Shown here: positions 13,420-28,122 of the stretch, piece after piece
Position numbering within the stretch: position 1 is the stretch's first letter
How the letters are laid out: the number at the start of each line of letters is the position of its first letter
Assembly (NCBI RefSeq): GCF_964204645.1
Contig: NC_134026.1
Location: 29,670,150 to 29,734,149 of the forward strand
Direction of reading: 5' to 3'
DNA: 64,000 nucleotides
Origin: Tubulanus polymorphus
Taxonomy: Eukaryota > Animalia > Nemertea
The notes under the pieces: model-generated
What the model was told of the DNA's origin: nothing
The model's database searches: none
The model's input: the letters and a program-made list of their open reading frames with translations, nothing else
Position numbers and translations under genes: made by a program

Positions 13420-16400
13420 TCATTCCTTTTTCAAATGGAAATAAGTCTTTCCTTGTATGACTTGTTTTTCTGGATTGATTTTTTTGAGTATTTGCGCTAC
13501 TGCTGACACTAATTGTTCATTACTCAATCCAGTTTTCTTAGAATTGAATTTCTGTAATATGTCTTTAGTCATCATAGGTTTTCTCATTAGATATCTGCGT
13601 ACATTCTCTTCAGTAACTCCAGCACTACAAATAAATACATACATAATACCATATCATTTACAAGTTTTTTAGAGGAATTAATGATAGAAAGTGTTATACA
13701 GTTAACTCAGCTTTACTCAGTAGCATTAGGACTGTAAATCTTTGTAAGCATTAGGACTATAACTATTATTATCAAATATTCCACAAGATGAAATCAGGAG
13801 AAAAAGGAGGCGTTTCAAGATAAATTCTGGTAAAATCCAGCAACTTGATCGCTTTACCAAGGAAGGAAGGTGGAGTCTTTTGTATAGCCTACTGTAAACT
13901 TTCAGAAACTTACACATTCATAGCTGGTTGTTGTGAGGTTTGTACCGGGCCTGGACTTTCTGTTCGAACTTTCTTATTTTGAGTTTCATCAGTGTCTGCA
14001 CCTGCTTTCCTTTTCACCGCTCCTAAAAATCACCATAAACCTTGAACTTTAAACCGTCTTCAATCGAAGTTTTAATAATCTTGAAAGGGAACATTTACCC
14101 TTCTGATCAGAATCTGGTACAGGTGTAGTAGATCGACTTCCTTGTTTATTGCTTTTCTTTTTTTCACTTTTCTTAAAGAGAACGAAACTTGTTCATACGA
14201 TACGAGTTACTGGTAGCAGTTTCTTTTTCGATTCGATCTGTAGATAAATAAATACCTGCATAAACAGAGCTGAGAATTTACCCTCTTCTTCTAAAGCATC
14301 CGAGTCATCAGAATCTGAAGCCGAACTTTCACTACTATCCGAATCTATAAAATAAACAATCGGCAAAAATATAAAACACAATGTTTGAAAAACAGAATGC
14401 AGTTGATGCGAAGACTATACAAACCTGGCTCCGATTTTTTGGGCTTTTCTTTTTCCGGTTCTTCCTCTTTCTTTTCCTCTTCCTCCTCATCTTCATCACC
14501 AGATTCGTTCAACTTGCGTAAACCGTCCTCGTCGACGACTCCTTTATCTTCTGATTTATCCTCTAATACATCGAGCTCCTCCTCACTATAAAAAAATCAC
14601 ATCGCGTTTATTTGTGAAATGAAATCAAATCGATGAAAATTGCGCCAACCTTGTCAACCTGAGTTTACGTCGAGTGAGAAATGTCTAATTTTTTACATGG
14701 GGAGACTAAGAATTTCGATGGAAAAATCCAGAATTTGCTGATTTTATCCCTGATCTACACGAACCCTGGATACGACACGTAATATAGCGGGATAGCTGGT
14801 TCGTCAAACTGCGGTTAGGCTAAACAAAAATGATACCTTGTTTCTCCGCAGCGGCCGGGTCATTTTTGTAAAATATGATAAAATTCATAAACAGTTCATT
14901 TCTATAGCGGAGGGGTCTGTTATGGTGAAATTGATCACGATTTTTAAAAAAGTAATGTATAGGGTAGATAGGCGGCCGGCCGGGTCAACATTTAAGCTCA
15001 CCAGAGCGGAGAAACAAGGTATCAATTTTTTTGGCCTTAATGTGATATTTTACCTGCTCGAATCTGTTATATAATCAACTTCTTTATCATCATCGTCTCC
15101 ATCATCACTCTCCTCTATCGCTTCATCGGCATCATTCATTTTACCCATCTTCGATTTCTTTTTCGCCTTCTTCTTTTTATCATCTTTTTTATTGGATTTC
15201 TTTTTTTTCTCTGAAGAAATTCATCATTATGAGAAGTCCGATTCATGAAGCTACTTTTCTCAGGAAGATTTCTGAGATTTCTTACCGTCATCCGCATCAT
15301 CATCATCGCTGTCATCTTCATTCTCATCAGCATCTTCATCTTTATCCGACCAATCATCCATCTCAGTTAACTTCTACAATTTGATTCAATGATATTTTCA
15401 TGTTTTGTATTAAATATTTCCATCAAATCCTCATACAGAAGACTGATTGCCTCCGACCTTGTGGGACCAATACATTTTTTTCAGAGACAGTAAGCGATTG
15501 CTAAGCTGTCAGTTTGAGGTGACATCATCACATAAGTTGGAGAAGGAAACTTTCAAACATTTTCTCCAGGGGACGCTATAATCCACGGCAAGTAAAGTAT
15601 ACTCTACAATACAATCTTTGGTTCTTTCTTACGAAATTTTTATCTTTCTTTTTAGACTTTGAAGCTTTATTGCCTTTTTCTCCCTCCTCTCCATCGGCGT
15701 CATCTAGATCTTCGTCATTTTTTATCCTTCGTCGTAACATCACCGAGAACTTATTCAACGTTTGATCTCGCCTGAAAATTATCCGTAATTTCAAAAGTGA
15801 AACTGGCTTAACTTACCATAGCTGGGGTGAACATCATAATGTTACTTATTTCTTGCTGATTTCTGCCATTTCTGCTAATACTTACTTACTGAATTCTTCT
15901 TCTGCTTCTTCGGAATTCAAATATTTATATTTGAGCATTGGATTAAACCTGTACCATTCCTCAATCGGATACGCCTCGAATGCACCATCAGGACATTGCG
16001 TAAATATGAAATACGACGTATTTTCAGCTATAGTTCCTTCTCTTGTTCCTTTATATCTGAATAAAAATCACGCAAAATACGATAAAAAACTGGCTTTCAA
16101 AAATATTCTCAATCCTAATCATTTTAATCAGACCGAGACCTTTTGCCAGATTTTCCACCAGTTTTTAGAATCCACGGCTGATCATCTGGATTATATTTCT
16201 TCACCATGATTCCGTATTTCTTTTTTCGAGCTTCCTCTTTCTGTTCTCTGCCGAATTCGCTTCCAGCTCCGAATTTTGGCATCTGTTCCAAATCATTAGC
16301 TGTCTTATATTCCTTTAAATTATTCTCCCGCTCGATTTTACACTGTAATATATTCACATTCAACAAGATTTGATGAAATTCATAATTCACGATCTGTTTA

Positions 16401-16811
16401 TTGTTGATTAGAGAAATGTTTTTTACTTACAGCTCCACATTTAGTAAAATCTACAGAATTTGCTCCTGAAAATCTCATTATACTAAATTTCTTATTTTTC
16501 TCACTGAAAAAGGATTTACAAACAAGGAAAATGACATGTACTTTTAGTAATGATGTAAGACTTTAAATTTAAATACTTACTTGGGAAGGCGCACTTTAAA
16601 TTCTTGACTTTGAGCCGCTGTAGCACTACCACCTGCAGCAGAACCAGATGTTCCACCTCCAGCCTTAATAAAAAAAGGTGGTAAACAAAATGCAATCGAA
16701 TTTTTTAAATTATTCTGAGCTAGCTTGCCTGTTGCCGTGGTGGTGCTGACGATTACACACACAGTGCAGGGGTTGCTACAGGGTACTTACATGGGCTTGG
16801 CTACTTGACAT
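13420..16811 (-). CDS. GTF2F1: General transcription factor IIF subunit 1 (RAP74), multi-exon
   Basis: 21-nt first coding exon MSSSQAH (16811-16791, gtaagt donor) in phase with ...QEFKVRLPK; MPKFGAGSEFGREQKEEARKKKYG..DDQPWIL; AFEAYPIEEWYRFNP; C-terminal winged helix VTEENVRRYLMRKPM. Confidence 0.93.
14818..15036. mobile_element. PIF/Harbinger-type MITE in a GTF2F1 intron
   Basis: TTA|GGCTAAACAAAAATGATACCTTGTTTCTCCGC ... GCGGAGAAACAAGGTATCAATTTTTTTGGCC|TTA; related copies near 18390-18592 and 53755-53966. Confidence 0.75.
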
Positions 16812-17164
16812 ATTGACGGTTTATTTGATGATAGATTAAGTTTTTGATCAAATCTGAGGTAGTTTTTGACTATCGTGAAGTGAGCCTATTATTCCAGCCT
16901 CGTATTCAGATATAGTGTGTACACACTGAACAGCTGCATGTAGATACTGGTTGATGTGAAATGTATAACCTAACGCTTTGACCTGACGAAACGACGATCA
17001 TTCAATGAAGTCACCGGGGGCAGTAGAGTGCTCAATAATTGTTTTATATAATTCATTATTGTTTAATTTCATAGATTCTCATCGAAAACTAAAACCTGAA
17101 AATCTAGTATATTGTGAAGGAGACCCTGTTCTTTAAGTTGATGTAAAGCAGATGTCTATGCATT

Positions 17165-17956
<792 letters not shown>

Positions 17957-18389
17957 AGTAAAAAAACGAAATATTTCAATACACGATTGCATCATGGCGC
18001 GATTTTTAGGCCACTTGGGGAACACAAAGTTTTGTCCCAAGTAGGCTATCGGTGTATTGATTTCACTTTTCGCAAAGAACGAATGATGTTATTGACACAA
18101 TCTTGGTATTTGGTTTATGGCATTGATTATGCCTACTACTTGGCATTCCTATAGTTGGATGAGGGGTTGATAATTTTATGAGATACCCGCACGATTGATT
18201 GGGGAAAACTTAGGTCATTTCTCAAACATTTGTTATTCATAATTTACAATTTGTCGTGGTACTGGTTTTGGGAATTTTTTTGAGACAGATTGGGAAAAAA
18301 TTCAGGTAATTATGATTGAGAAAATTGACGACTCATGTAGGCCTAAGGCCTACGTAGCGGAATGGCTGTGAACGAAAAATATGGCCTGA

Positions 18390-18592
18390 TAGCACGGCTG
18401 GGTCATATTTGTAAAATATGATAAAATTTGTAAACAGTTCATTTCTATAGCGACCGGGTCTGTAATGGTAAAACTGATCACGATTTTAAAAAAAAGTCAT
18501 GTACAGGGACAGGGTAGATAGGCGGCCGGCCGGGTCTACTTTTAAGCTCGGCAGAGCGGAGAAACAAGGTTCCAAATCAATTTTTTTAGCCT
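18390..18592. mobile_element. Second, 5'-truncated copy of the 14818-15036 MITE
   Basis: Shares GGTCAT.TTTGTAAAATATGATAAAATT...GGGTAGATAGGCGGCCGGCCGGGTC...GAGCGGAGAAACAAGG. Confidence 0.75.
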
Positions 18593-18718
18593 TAGACATG
18601 CTTGCAACTGCTTTGATGATGAGATAAGCTATTTAAACGATAAAGCCCCTTTTAAATTTTTCGGAAGGCATTAGAGAGGATGGCTAGCCACCCTCACCCC
18701 CTAGATCCGCCCCTGCTA

Positions 18719-18801
18719 CAGTAAACCGGCCGCCCTACTGGAACTAGAGACCCGCTAGATTGGCACTATAGTTGCAGTGAAAATCCGAAAGAGGTTTACT
18801 G
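18719..18801. mobile_element. Short Tc1/mariner-type MITE
   Basis: TA|CAGTAAACC ... GGTTTACTG|TA, same termini as 2415-2595. Confidence 0.55.
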
Positions 18802-19643
18802 TAGTTTTCTATCACCTAATGTATCAATAAACTGGAAAATATAATCCCAGGGACTATCAAGTTTAAATGTGCATGAGTAGACCGAGTTCTAACTAAAATC
18901 TATTAAAACAAGTGAGTACAGGTGATTGTACGGACAATATATTGAGTTTGAAAGTGTCTGAGTCCGAGTCAATACTATAATTGATTAGTGTGATTCGAGT
19001 TAAAGAGCCGAGAGCTGAGTCAACTGTAGATCACAGAAAAATAACAAAAACAATTTGTAGTGAACAACTAAACCACGAATAGGTTTTAGTTGTTGTGATT
19101 AATAGTTCTATATGTATTTACATGTAAACAAAGGTCAACCAATTATCAAACACCAATCACAAGCCTTTTAAATCAATTAAGCAACACAAAATCAATATAA
19201 TTCATCAATGTAACAAATAAAAGACAAGATAAACTGGTAACGTTAGTACTTTCCACCTCGTTTTACTATTCTACACCAAGTTGAGAATACAGCTCGTCTA
19301 CGAATCGATCATGTCATTTCATAGAAATAAATATGGTATTTACAAAAACAAACGAGTTAAAATGCATTGTAATTAACCAACACCGACAGAAGTCAACACG
19401 AAGAAATCAAGGTCAGTCATCATGTCATGTCGATATTCAAACGCAGTACGGAACTGACTGCTGCATTTCAGTTCGACCTCAAAACAACATCAACAATTCT
19501 TTAGAAGCGATCAAAGATATTCTAACTTGTTTTATTTAAATCAAAATAAATAAATAAATAAAAAATCTCAAATTGAACACATATATTCATACACACAGTC
19601 AGTTGCACACACAAGAATTATCAGTCTTAACACGCAGAAGAGT

Positions 19644-19895
19644 TGTCCAAGTTCCAGCAACGCATTAAGAGTTCTCCAAGTTCGAGCAACGCATTAGAGT
19701 TCACCAAGTTCCAGCAACGCATTAGAGTTCTGGAAGTTCCAGCAACGCATCACAGTTCTCCAAGTTCTAGTAACGCATTAGAGTTCTCCCAAGTTTCAGC
19801 AACGCATCTCGAAGTTCCAGCAACGCGTTAGAGTTCTCTTAGTTCCAGGAATGCATTAGAGTTCTCTAAATTTCCAGAAACGCATTAGAGTTCTC
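19644..19895. repeat. Minisatellite, ~28-bp unit
   Basis: AAGTTCCAGCAACGCATTAGAGTTCTCC about 9 times, degenerate. Confidence 0.9.
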
Positions 19896-20024
19896 AAATG
19901 ATTAACAGGTGCCATCTTATTATTAAATTAGATGTATCACACATTTCTTCGCCTAGAAGACAAATTAAACAAACATTAAAGGATATTTTAAACAATCAAT
20001 AAAACATTTCAAGTCGTTTTTCTA

Positions 20025-21300
20025 TTACAATATACCTGATTTATAGTCTGTTCAGATTCATGAATCATCCATTCTTTCATCCTTTCAACTTTGGAAGAAT
20101 ATTCATGTAAATCCCTGCAGGTATTTTTCCATCTTGTAGTAACATAACATCTTTCTATATTTCCTACTTACAACATGAAAATTCAAAATATGAATAATTT
20201 TTGAATAATGTCAGATATGAAAATTGATTCATGTAATTTCAAAATTATACCTGATTTAAAGTCAGTTCAGACTAATGACTCGGCCTTCCTTTGCAACTGT
20301 TCACTTTGTGACACTACTTTGTTGTTGACTAAGGCAGGTAACTCAGTATTACTGATCTCAGCGGTGACATTCATCTAACTGATGCCTGGTGATTGTCTCA
20401 TCTATAGTGACTTAGTTCTGTGGACCTCTCAATATTTGCTACAAGAAAACACAAAATATGAATACCGGCAATTTTCAATTTTTGAGATTTTTATATAATT
20501 TCAATATTATACCTGATTTATTGTCAGTTCAGACAAATGACTCGACGTTCCGCTGGAATTGTTAACGTGTGACTCTTAATTGTTACTTCGTTCCTGACTT
20601 AGAGGCAGATACAGCACAGCACCACTGATCTCATCTCACTTGTGATCCTCTTATCTCACTGGAGACGCCCTGATCTTACCACTTGGATAGACATAGTTCT
20701 GTACTGATCTCACTGGTGATATTCTCATCTCTGGTGACACTCAGTTCAGTGGTAAACCTCTCAATATTAGCTAAAAGAAAACAAAATATGAATAAATTTA
20801 GATTTTGACACTTCTATAGTCAGTTCAATGACTGATCCTTCCTCAGGTATTGCATGTCTAATGATTTGCTACAAGAAAACATGTAACAGACCATCATAAC
20901 GTTTGAGACTTTCCCAACAACAAGAAATCCATGTCAATCTAACTTAATATACCTCATTTATAGTCAGTTCAGACTAATGACTCGACATTCCTCTGGAACT
21001 ATTAACCTTCCTTGTGACTCTGTAACTTTGTTGCTGACTTTGACGGAGATGAATCAGTGCTACTGATCTCAGTGGTTCATCTAACTGATTCCTGGTAATT
21101 GTCTCATCTCTGGTGAGACTCAGTTCTGTGGTAAACCTCTCAATATTTGCTACAAGATAACACAAAATATGAATAATTTTCAATTTTGAGACTTTGAAAA
21201 TTGATTTACACTATTTCAATATCATACCTGATTTAAAGTCAGTTCAGACTTATGACTCGACATTCCTCTGGAACTGTGAACTTTCCCCGTGACTCTTGTT
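20025..21300 (-). repeat. Tandemly duplicated exon+intron-like modules (~5-6 copies)
   Basis: Recurrent ATACCTGATTTA.AGTCAGTTCAGAC.AATGACTCG (minus-strand CAG|GTAT donor) and TTTGCTACAAGAAAAC..AAAATATGAATA (minus-strand TTGTAG acceptor). Confidence 0.65.
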
Positions 21301-21302
21301 CC

Positions 21303-21606
21303 TGACTTTGAGGGAGATAACTCTGTACAACTGATCTGGCTGATCTGACGCTCTAATCTCTCTATAATCACTGCGACTTAATCTTCACTATATTATTTAA
21401 GACATTGATGATTTCACATTTCATTTTTTCCATTTTACAATTAATCATTAACCTTGACTTTGAGGGAGATAACTCAGTACAACTGATCTGGCTGATCTGA
21501 CGCTCTAATCTCTCTATAATCACTGCGACTTAATATTCACTATATTATTTAAGACATTGATAATTTCACATTTCATTTTTTCCATTTTACAATTAATCAT
21601 CAACCT
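21303..21606. repeat. Two-copy direct tandem duplication, ~152 bp
   Basis: TGACTTTGAGGGAGATAACTC.GTACAACTGATCTGGCTG starts at 21303 and 21455. Confidence 0.9.
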
Positions 21607-22419
21607 TTTATATTTTTGTCTACAAAATGGGTATCTAAGATTGTTTGAAGAATTAATGCTTTTCTATGACAAACACTGAAACATTATCACAAATTATATC
21701 AACACACAAACAAAAGATAGATAGCACTGTACATGCTAATCAAGTTTTTAAGGACCCGCGGGTGTGCATGTGTATCCCCTGAAATATACATAAACACAAT
21801 TTGTGTGTCTTTATGTATTTAGTGCCATTTCATGCAAGTGCGTTAGTGCATGGATGCATCAGTGCAAAGTGAGACGTCAGGTGCTTAGTGAGGAGACGTC
21901 AATTGTTTTCACCGGTGTTTATGATGATCGATCTTCACTTAATAGGCTATAATGGACAAGAGTTGGCTCCAATGTTTTGAAGTTTTATTAACTCAGGTTT
22001 AGAGTTTATCAGCATTCATAAAACGCTCTGACCCAGTTTAGCTGATTCAAGGGCTATCTAACACCTAGGCTATCAAGGGCTATCAAGCAATAGCATCTTT
22101 GAATGTAACAATCTTAAAACGCAACTCCGTAATGTGATAATAAGTTGCTGATACAATATATAAACAGTACCAACACCAGTGAAATTTCAATGATACAACC
22201 ACCACAAAGCTATCAACTTAAACGGTAAGTCGCGACAAGGGAGATCAGAAAACATAATCAATCCCAATTCACCGACATATATTACAATTTATACACTGAA
22301 CCAACACCAGCGACATTTCAATGATACAATCACCACAAAGCTTTCGATGGATAGCTCTCTTTTGAATATCTATACATTTAAATCATAACGTCATAATAAG
22401 AACGATCAGGAAACAAAAC

Positions 22420-23990
22420 TCACCAAAACTCAATATCACCCCAAAACAAGAGTGTATCAATTAACATCCAGCAGCAAGCAGCAGTATTAAGGAGGTCATC
22501 AGTGATGTAACACACTAACAATTCAGTTGTTTGTCACGTTTCTACATGACAGTTGAAGAAGGAAGGAGGAGACTCCTTAACTCAATATCACCCCAAAACA
22601 GAGTGTTTTAATTAACATGCACCAGCAAGCAGCAGTATTGAAGGAGGCCATCAGTGATGTATCACACTGACAATTCAGTTTGTTTGTCACATTTCTACAT
22701 GACAGTTGAAGAAGGAAGGAGGAGACTCCTGAACTCAATATCACCCCTAAAAAGTGGAATGATTAACATGGAGAAGGAACTTGCCAGCTTTTTAGATGAC
22801 AATAGTGTGTAATTTGATAATGTAATTATGTAACAATTCATGATGTAATAATGTTTAATGTAATAATTTTTATTGTGATAATGTTTAATGTAATAATTCA
22901 AGAAGTTCAGGGAAGGAGGTAAGAATTACCACCCAGCAACAACGAGCAGTATTAAAGGAGGCCATCAATGTTGTAACACACTGATAATCAGTTTGTTTGT
23001 CACGATTCTGCATGACAGTTGCAGAAGGAAGGAGGAGACTCCTGAACTCAATATCACCCCAAAACAGAGTGTATCAATTAACACCCAGCAGCAAGCAGCA
23101 GTAGTAAAGGAGGTCATTAGTGATGGAACACACTGACAATTCAGTTTGTTTGTCACGATTCTACATGACAGTTGCAGAAGGAAGGAGGAGACTCCTGAAC
23201 TCAATATCACCCCAAAACAGAGTGTATCAATTAACACCCAGCAGCAAGCAGCAGTAGTAAAGGAGGTCATTAGTGATGGAACACACTGACAATTCAGTTT
23301 GTTTGTCACGATTCTACATGACAGTCGCAGAAGGAAGGAGAAGACTCCTTAACTCAATATCACCCCAAAACAGAGTGTATTAATTAACATGCACCAGCAA
23401 GCAGCAGTATTAAAGGAGGCCATCAGTGTTGTAACACACTGACAATGCAGTTTGTTTGTCACGTTTCTACATGACAGTTGAAGAAGGAAGGAGAAGACTC
23501 CTGAACTCGATCGATATCACCCCAAAACAGAGTGTATCAATTAATAACGTTTAATGTTATAATTCAAGAAGTTAAGGGAAGGAGGTAAGAATTTACACCC
23601 AGCAACAAGCAGCAGTATTAAAGGAGGTCATCAGTGTTGTAACACACTGACAATTCAGTTTGTTTGTCACGTTTCTACGTAACAGTTGAAGAAGGAAGGA
23701 GAAGACTCCTGAACTCGATCGATATCACCCCAAAACAATCAATTTACACCCAGCAACAAGCAGCAGTATTAAAGGAGGTCATCAGTGTTGTAACACACTG
23801 ACAATTCAGTTTGTTTGTCACGTTTCTACGTAACAGTTGAAGAAGGAAGGAGAAGACTCCTGAACTCAATATCACCCCAAAACAGAGTGTATTAATTACC
23901 ACCCAGCAGCAAGCAGCAGTATTAAAGGAGGTCATCAGTGTTGTAACACACTGACAATTCAGTTCGTTTGCCACGTTTCTACATGACAGT
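22420..23990. repeat. 153-bp satellite, array 1
   Basis: Unit ...GCAGCAGTATTAAAGGAGGTCATCAGTGTTGTAACACACTGACAATTCAGTTTG...; period measured 23101->23254. Confidence 0.95.
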
Positions 23991-24069
23991 TATCAACCTT
24001 CAGGTGCAAAGAACAAATGTGAAGCTATCAAGCGATAGCATCTTTGAATATAACACTTTTAAAATGTGT

Positions 24070-25205
24070 AATATGATAATAATTTGCTGATACCATATAT
24101 ACAAAGTACCAACACCAGCAACATTTCAATGATACAACCACCACAAAGCTATCAATGGATAGCTGTTTTGAATATTTATACATTTAAAACGTAAAGTCGC
24201 AATAAGGATGATCAGGAAACATAATCAGTTCCAATTCACCGACATATATTACAATATATACAAAGTACCAACACCAGCGACATTTCAATGATACAACCAC
24301 CACAAAGCTATCGATGGATAGCTGTTTTGAATATTTATACATTTAAAACGTAAGGTCGCAATAAGGACGATCAGGAAACATAATCAATCCCAATTCACCG
24401 ACATATATTACAATATATATACAGAACCAACACCAGCGACATTTCAAACATTCAACCACCACAAAGCTATCGATGGATAGCTGTTTTTAATATTTATACA
24501 TTTAAAACGTTAAGTCGCAATAATGACGATCAGGAAATATAATCAGTCCCATTTCACCGACATATATTACAATATATACACAGAACCAACACCAGCGAAA
24601 TTTCAAAGATTCAACCACCACAAAGCTATCGATGGATAGCTGTTTTTAATATTTATACATTTAAAACATTAAGTCACAATAAGGACGATCAGGAAACATA
24701 ATCAATCCCAATTCACCGAAATATATTACAATATATACACAGAACCAACACCAGCGACATTTCAAAGATTCAACCACCACAAAGCTATCGATGGATAGCT
24801 GTTTTGAATATTCATATATCTAAAACGCAAATCTAAATTATATCGAAATTCATATATCTAAAACGCAAAGTCGCAATAAGGACGATCAGGAAACATAATC
24901 AATCCCAATTCACCGGCATATATTACAATATATACACAGAACCAACATCAGCGACATTTCAATGATTCAACCACCACAAAGCTATCGATGGATAGCTGTA
25001 TTGAATATTTATATATTTAAAACGTAAAGTCGCAATAAGGACGATCAAGAAACATAATCAATCCCATTTCACCAACATTATATATACAAAGTACCAACAC
25101 CAGCGACTATTCAAAGATTCAACCACCACAAAGCTATCGATGGATAGCTGTTTTGAATATTCATATATCTTTAACGTAAGGTCGTAATGAGGACGATCAG
25201 GAAGC
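24070..25205. repeat. 159-bp satellite (also ~2 copies at 22140-22415)
   Basis: CACCACAAAGCTATCGATGGATAGCTG recurs at 24301, 24460, 24619; internal hairpin AGCTATC-GATG-GATAGCT. Confidence 0.95.
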
Positions 25206-25214
25206 AAAACTAGC

Positions 25215-26958
25215 CAAAGCTCAATATCACCCCAAAACAGAGTGTATCAATTTACACCCAGCAGCAACGAGCAGTATTTAAGGAGGCCATCAGTGTTGTA
25301 ACACACTGACAATTCAGTTTGTTTGTCACGTTTCTACATGACAGCTGAAGAAGGAAGGAGAAGACTCCTGCACTCAATATCACCCCAAAACAGAGTGTAT
25401 CAATTAACACCAAGCAACAAGCAGCAGTATTAAAGGAGGTCATCAGTGTTGTAACACACTGACAATTCAGTTTGTTTGTCACGTTTCTACATGACAGTTG
25501 AAGAAGGAAGGAGGAGACTCCTGAACTCAATATCACCCCAAAACAGAGTGTATCAATTAACACCCAGCAGCAAGCAGCAGTATTAAAGGAGGCCATCAGT
25601 GTTGTAACACACTGACAATGCAGTTCGTTTGTCACGTTTCTACGTAACAGTTGAAGAAGGAAGGAGGAGACTCCTGAACTCAATATCACCCCAAAACAGA
25701 GCCAGCAGCAAGCAGCAATATTTAAGGAGGATGATTCATGATATTATAATGTTTAATGTAATAATTTTTATTGTAATATTGCTAATGTAATAATTCAAGA
25801 AGTTCAGGGATGGAGGTAAGAATTAACACGCAGCAGCAACAAGCAGTATTAAAGGAGGCCATCAGTGTTGTGACACACTTACAATTCAGTTTGTTTGTCA
25901 CGTTTCTACATGATAGTTGAAGCAGGAAGGAGGAGACTCCTGAACTCAATATCACCCAAAACAGAGTGTATCAATTAACACCCAGCAGCAAGCAGCAGTA
26001 TTAAAGGAGGTCATCAGTGTTGTAACACACTGACAATTCAGTTTGTTTGTCACGTTTCTACATGACAGTTGAAGAAGGAAGGAGAAGACTCCTGAACTCA
26101 ATATCACCCCAAAACAGAGTGTATCAATTAACACGCAGCAGCAACAAGCAGTATTAAAGGAGGCCATCAGTGTTGTGACACATTGGCAATTCAGTTTGTT
26201 TGTCACGTTTCTACATGACAGTTGAAGCAGGAAGGAGGAGACTCCTGAACTCAATATGACCCCAAAACAGAGCCAGCAGCAAGCAGCAGTATTAAAGGAG
26301 GTCATCAGTGTTGTAACACACTGACAATTCAGTTTGTTTGTCACGTTTCCACATGACAGTTGAAGAAGGGAGGAGAAGACTCCTGCGATCAATATCACCC
26401 CAAAACAGAGCCAGCAGCAAGCAGCAATATTTAAGGAGGATGATTCATGATATTATAATGTTTAATGTAATAATTTTTATTGTAATATTGCTTATGTAAT
26501 AATTCAAGAAGTTCAGGGAAGGAGGTAAGAATTAACACGCAGCAGCAAGCAGCAGTATTAAAGGAGCCCATCAGTGTTGTAACGCACTGACAATTCAGTT
26601 TGTTAGTCAGGTTTCTACATGACAGTTGAAGAAGGAAGGAGGAGACTCCTGCGATCAATATCACCCCAAAACAGAGCCAGCAGCAAGCAGCAGTATTTTG
26701 GGAGGATGATTCATGATATTATAATGTTTAATGTAATAATTTTTATTGTAATATTGCTTATGTAATAATTCAAGAAGTTCATGGAAGGTGGTAAGAATTA
26801 ACACCCAGCAGCAAGCAGCAGTATTAAAGGAGGCCATCAGTGTTGTGACAAACTGATAATTCAGTTTGTTAGTCACGTTTCTACATGACGGTGAAGAAGG
26901 AAAGAGGAGACTCCTGTACTCAATATCACCCCAAAACAGAGTGTATTAATTAACACCC
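25215..26958. repeat. 153-bp satellite, array 2
   Basis: Same unit as 22420-23990, with recurring AT-rich insert variants. Confidence 0.95.
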
Positions 26959-27279
26959 TGGGAATGAGAATGGGAAGGAGAACACTTTCAATGGAATTCT
27001 ATTATTAATATTTCATAGCTATCATTCATTAATGTTAATATCAAAGATCGAACCAGCCAGTATCATAGTTATTGAACACTGACATTTTTCATATCACCCC
27101 TAAAAGCAGGAAGGGAGGTAGAATGTGCCACCAAATCAGTATGTGTATCAATGTTTCAGCATGTGTATCAATATTTCAATACATGTATTAATGTTTCGGT
27201 TCATGTACCAATATTGCAGTACATGCATTAATGTTTCAAGACAGCAGAACCTCACAGCAATTTACATACCATACAACAC

Positions 27280-28122
27280 CAATTAACGTCACTGATAATG
27301 GAATTGGAAATTGATTACAGCAGCAATCAACAGTATTTGAACAAGGCAGCAATCAGTGTTTTGAGTCACTGACAATTAACGTCAATGATAATGCGAATTG
27401 AAAATTCATTTCAGCAGTAATCAGCAGTATTTGAAAAAGGCAGCAATCAGTGTTTTGAGTCACTGACAATTAAAGTCAAAGATATAGCAACCCAGAAATT
27501 CATTACAGCAGCTATCACCAGTATTTGGAGGAGGCAGCAATCAGTGTTTTGAGTCACTGACAATTAACGTCAATGATAATACGAATTGGAAATTCATAAC
27601 AGCAGCAATCAACAGTATTTGGAAGAGGCAGCGATCAGTGTTCTGAATCTCTGACAATTAACGTCACTGATAATGTGAATTGCAAAATTGATTACAGCAG
27701 CAATCAATAGTATTTGGCGGAGGCAGCAATCAGTGTTTTGAGTCACTGACAATTGATGTCAATGATAATGCGAATTGGAAATTCATAACAGCAGTAATCA
27801 GCAGTATTTGGAAGAGGCAGCAATCAGTGTTTTGAGTCTCTGACAATTAACGTCAATGATAATACGAATTGGAAATTCATTTCAGCAGCAATCACCAGTA
27901 TTTGGAAGAGGCAGCAATCAGTGTTTTGAGTCACTGACAATTAATGTCAATGATAATACGAATTGGAAATTCATTTCAGCAGCAATCAGCAGTATTTGGA
28001 AGAGGCAGCAATCAGTGTTTTGAGTCTCTGACAATTAACGTCAATGATAATACGAATTGGAAATTCATTTCAGCAGCAATCAGCAGTATTTTGAAGAGAC
28101 AGCAATCAGTGTTTTGAGTCTC
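27280..28122. repeat. 94-bp satellite
   Basis: GGCAGCAATCAGTGTTTTGAGTCACTGACAATTAACGTC; period 27351->27445->27539. Confidence 0.95.

Noticed and set aside
16981-16996. Hammerhead ribozyme core (CTGACGAAAC) just inside the left TIR
   Set aside because: No stem II between CUGANGA and GAAA and no convincing stems I or III
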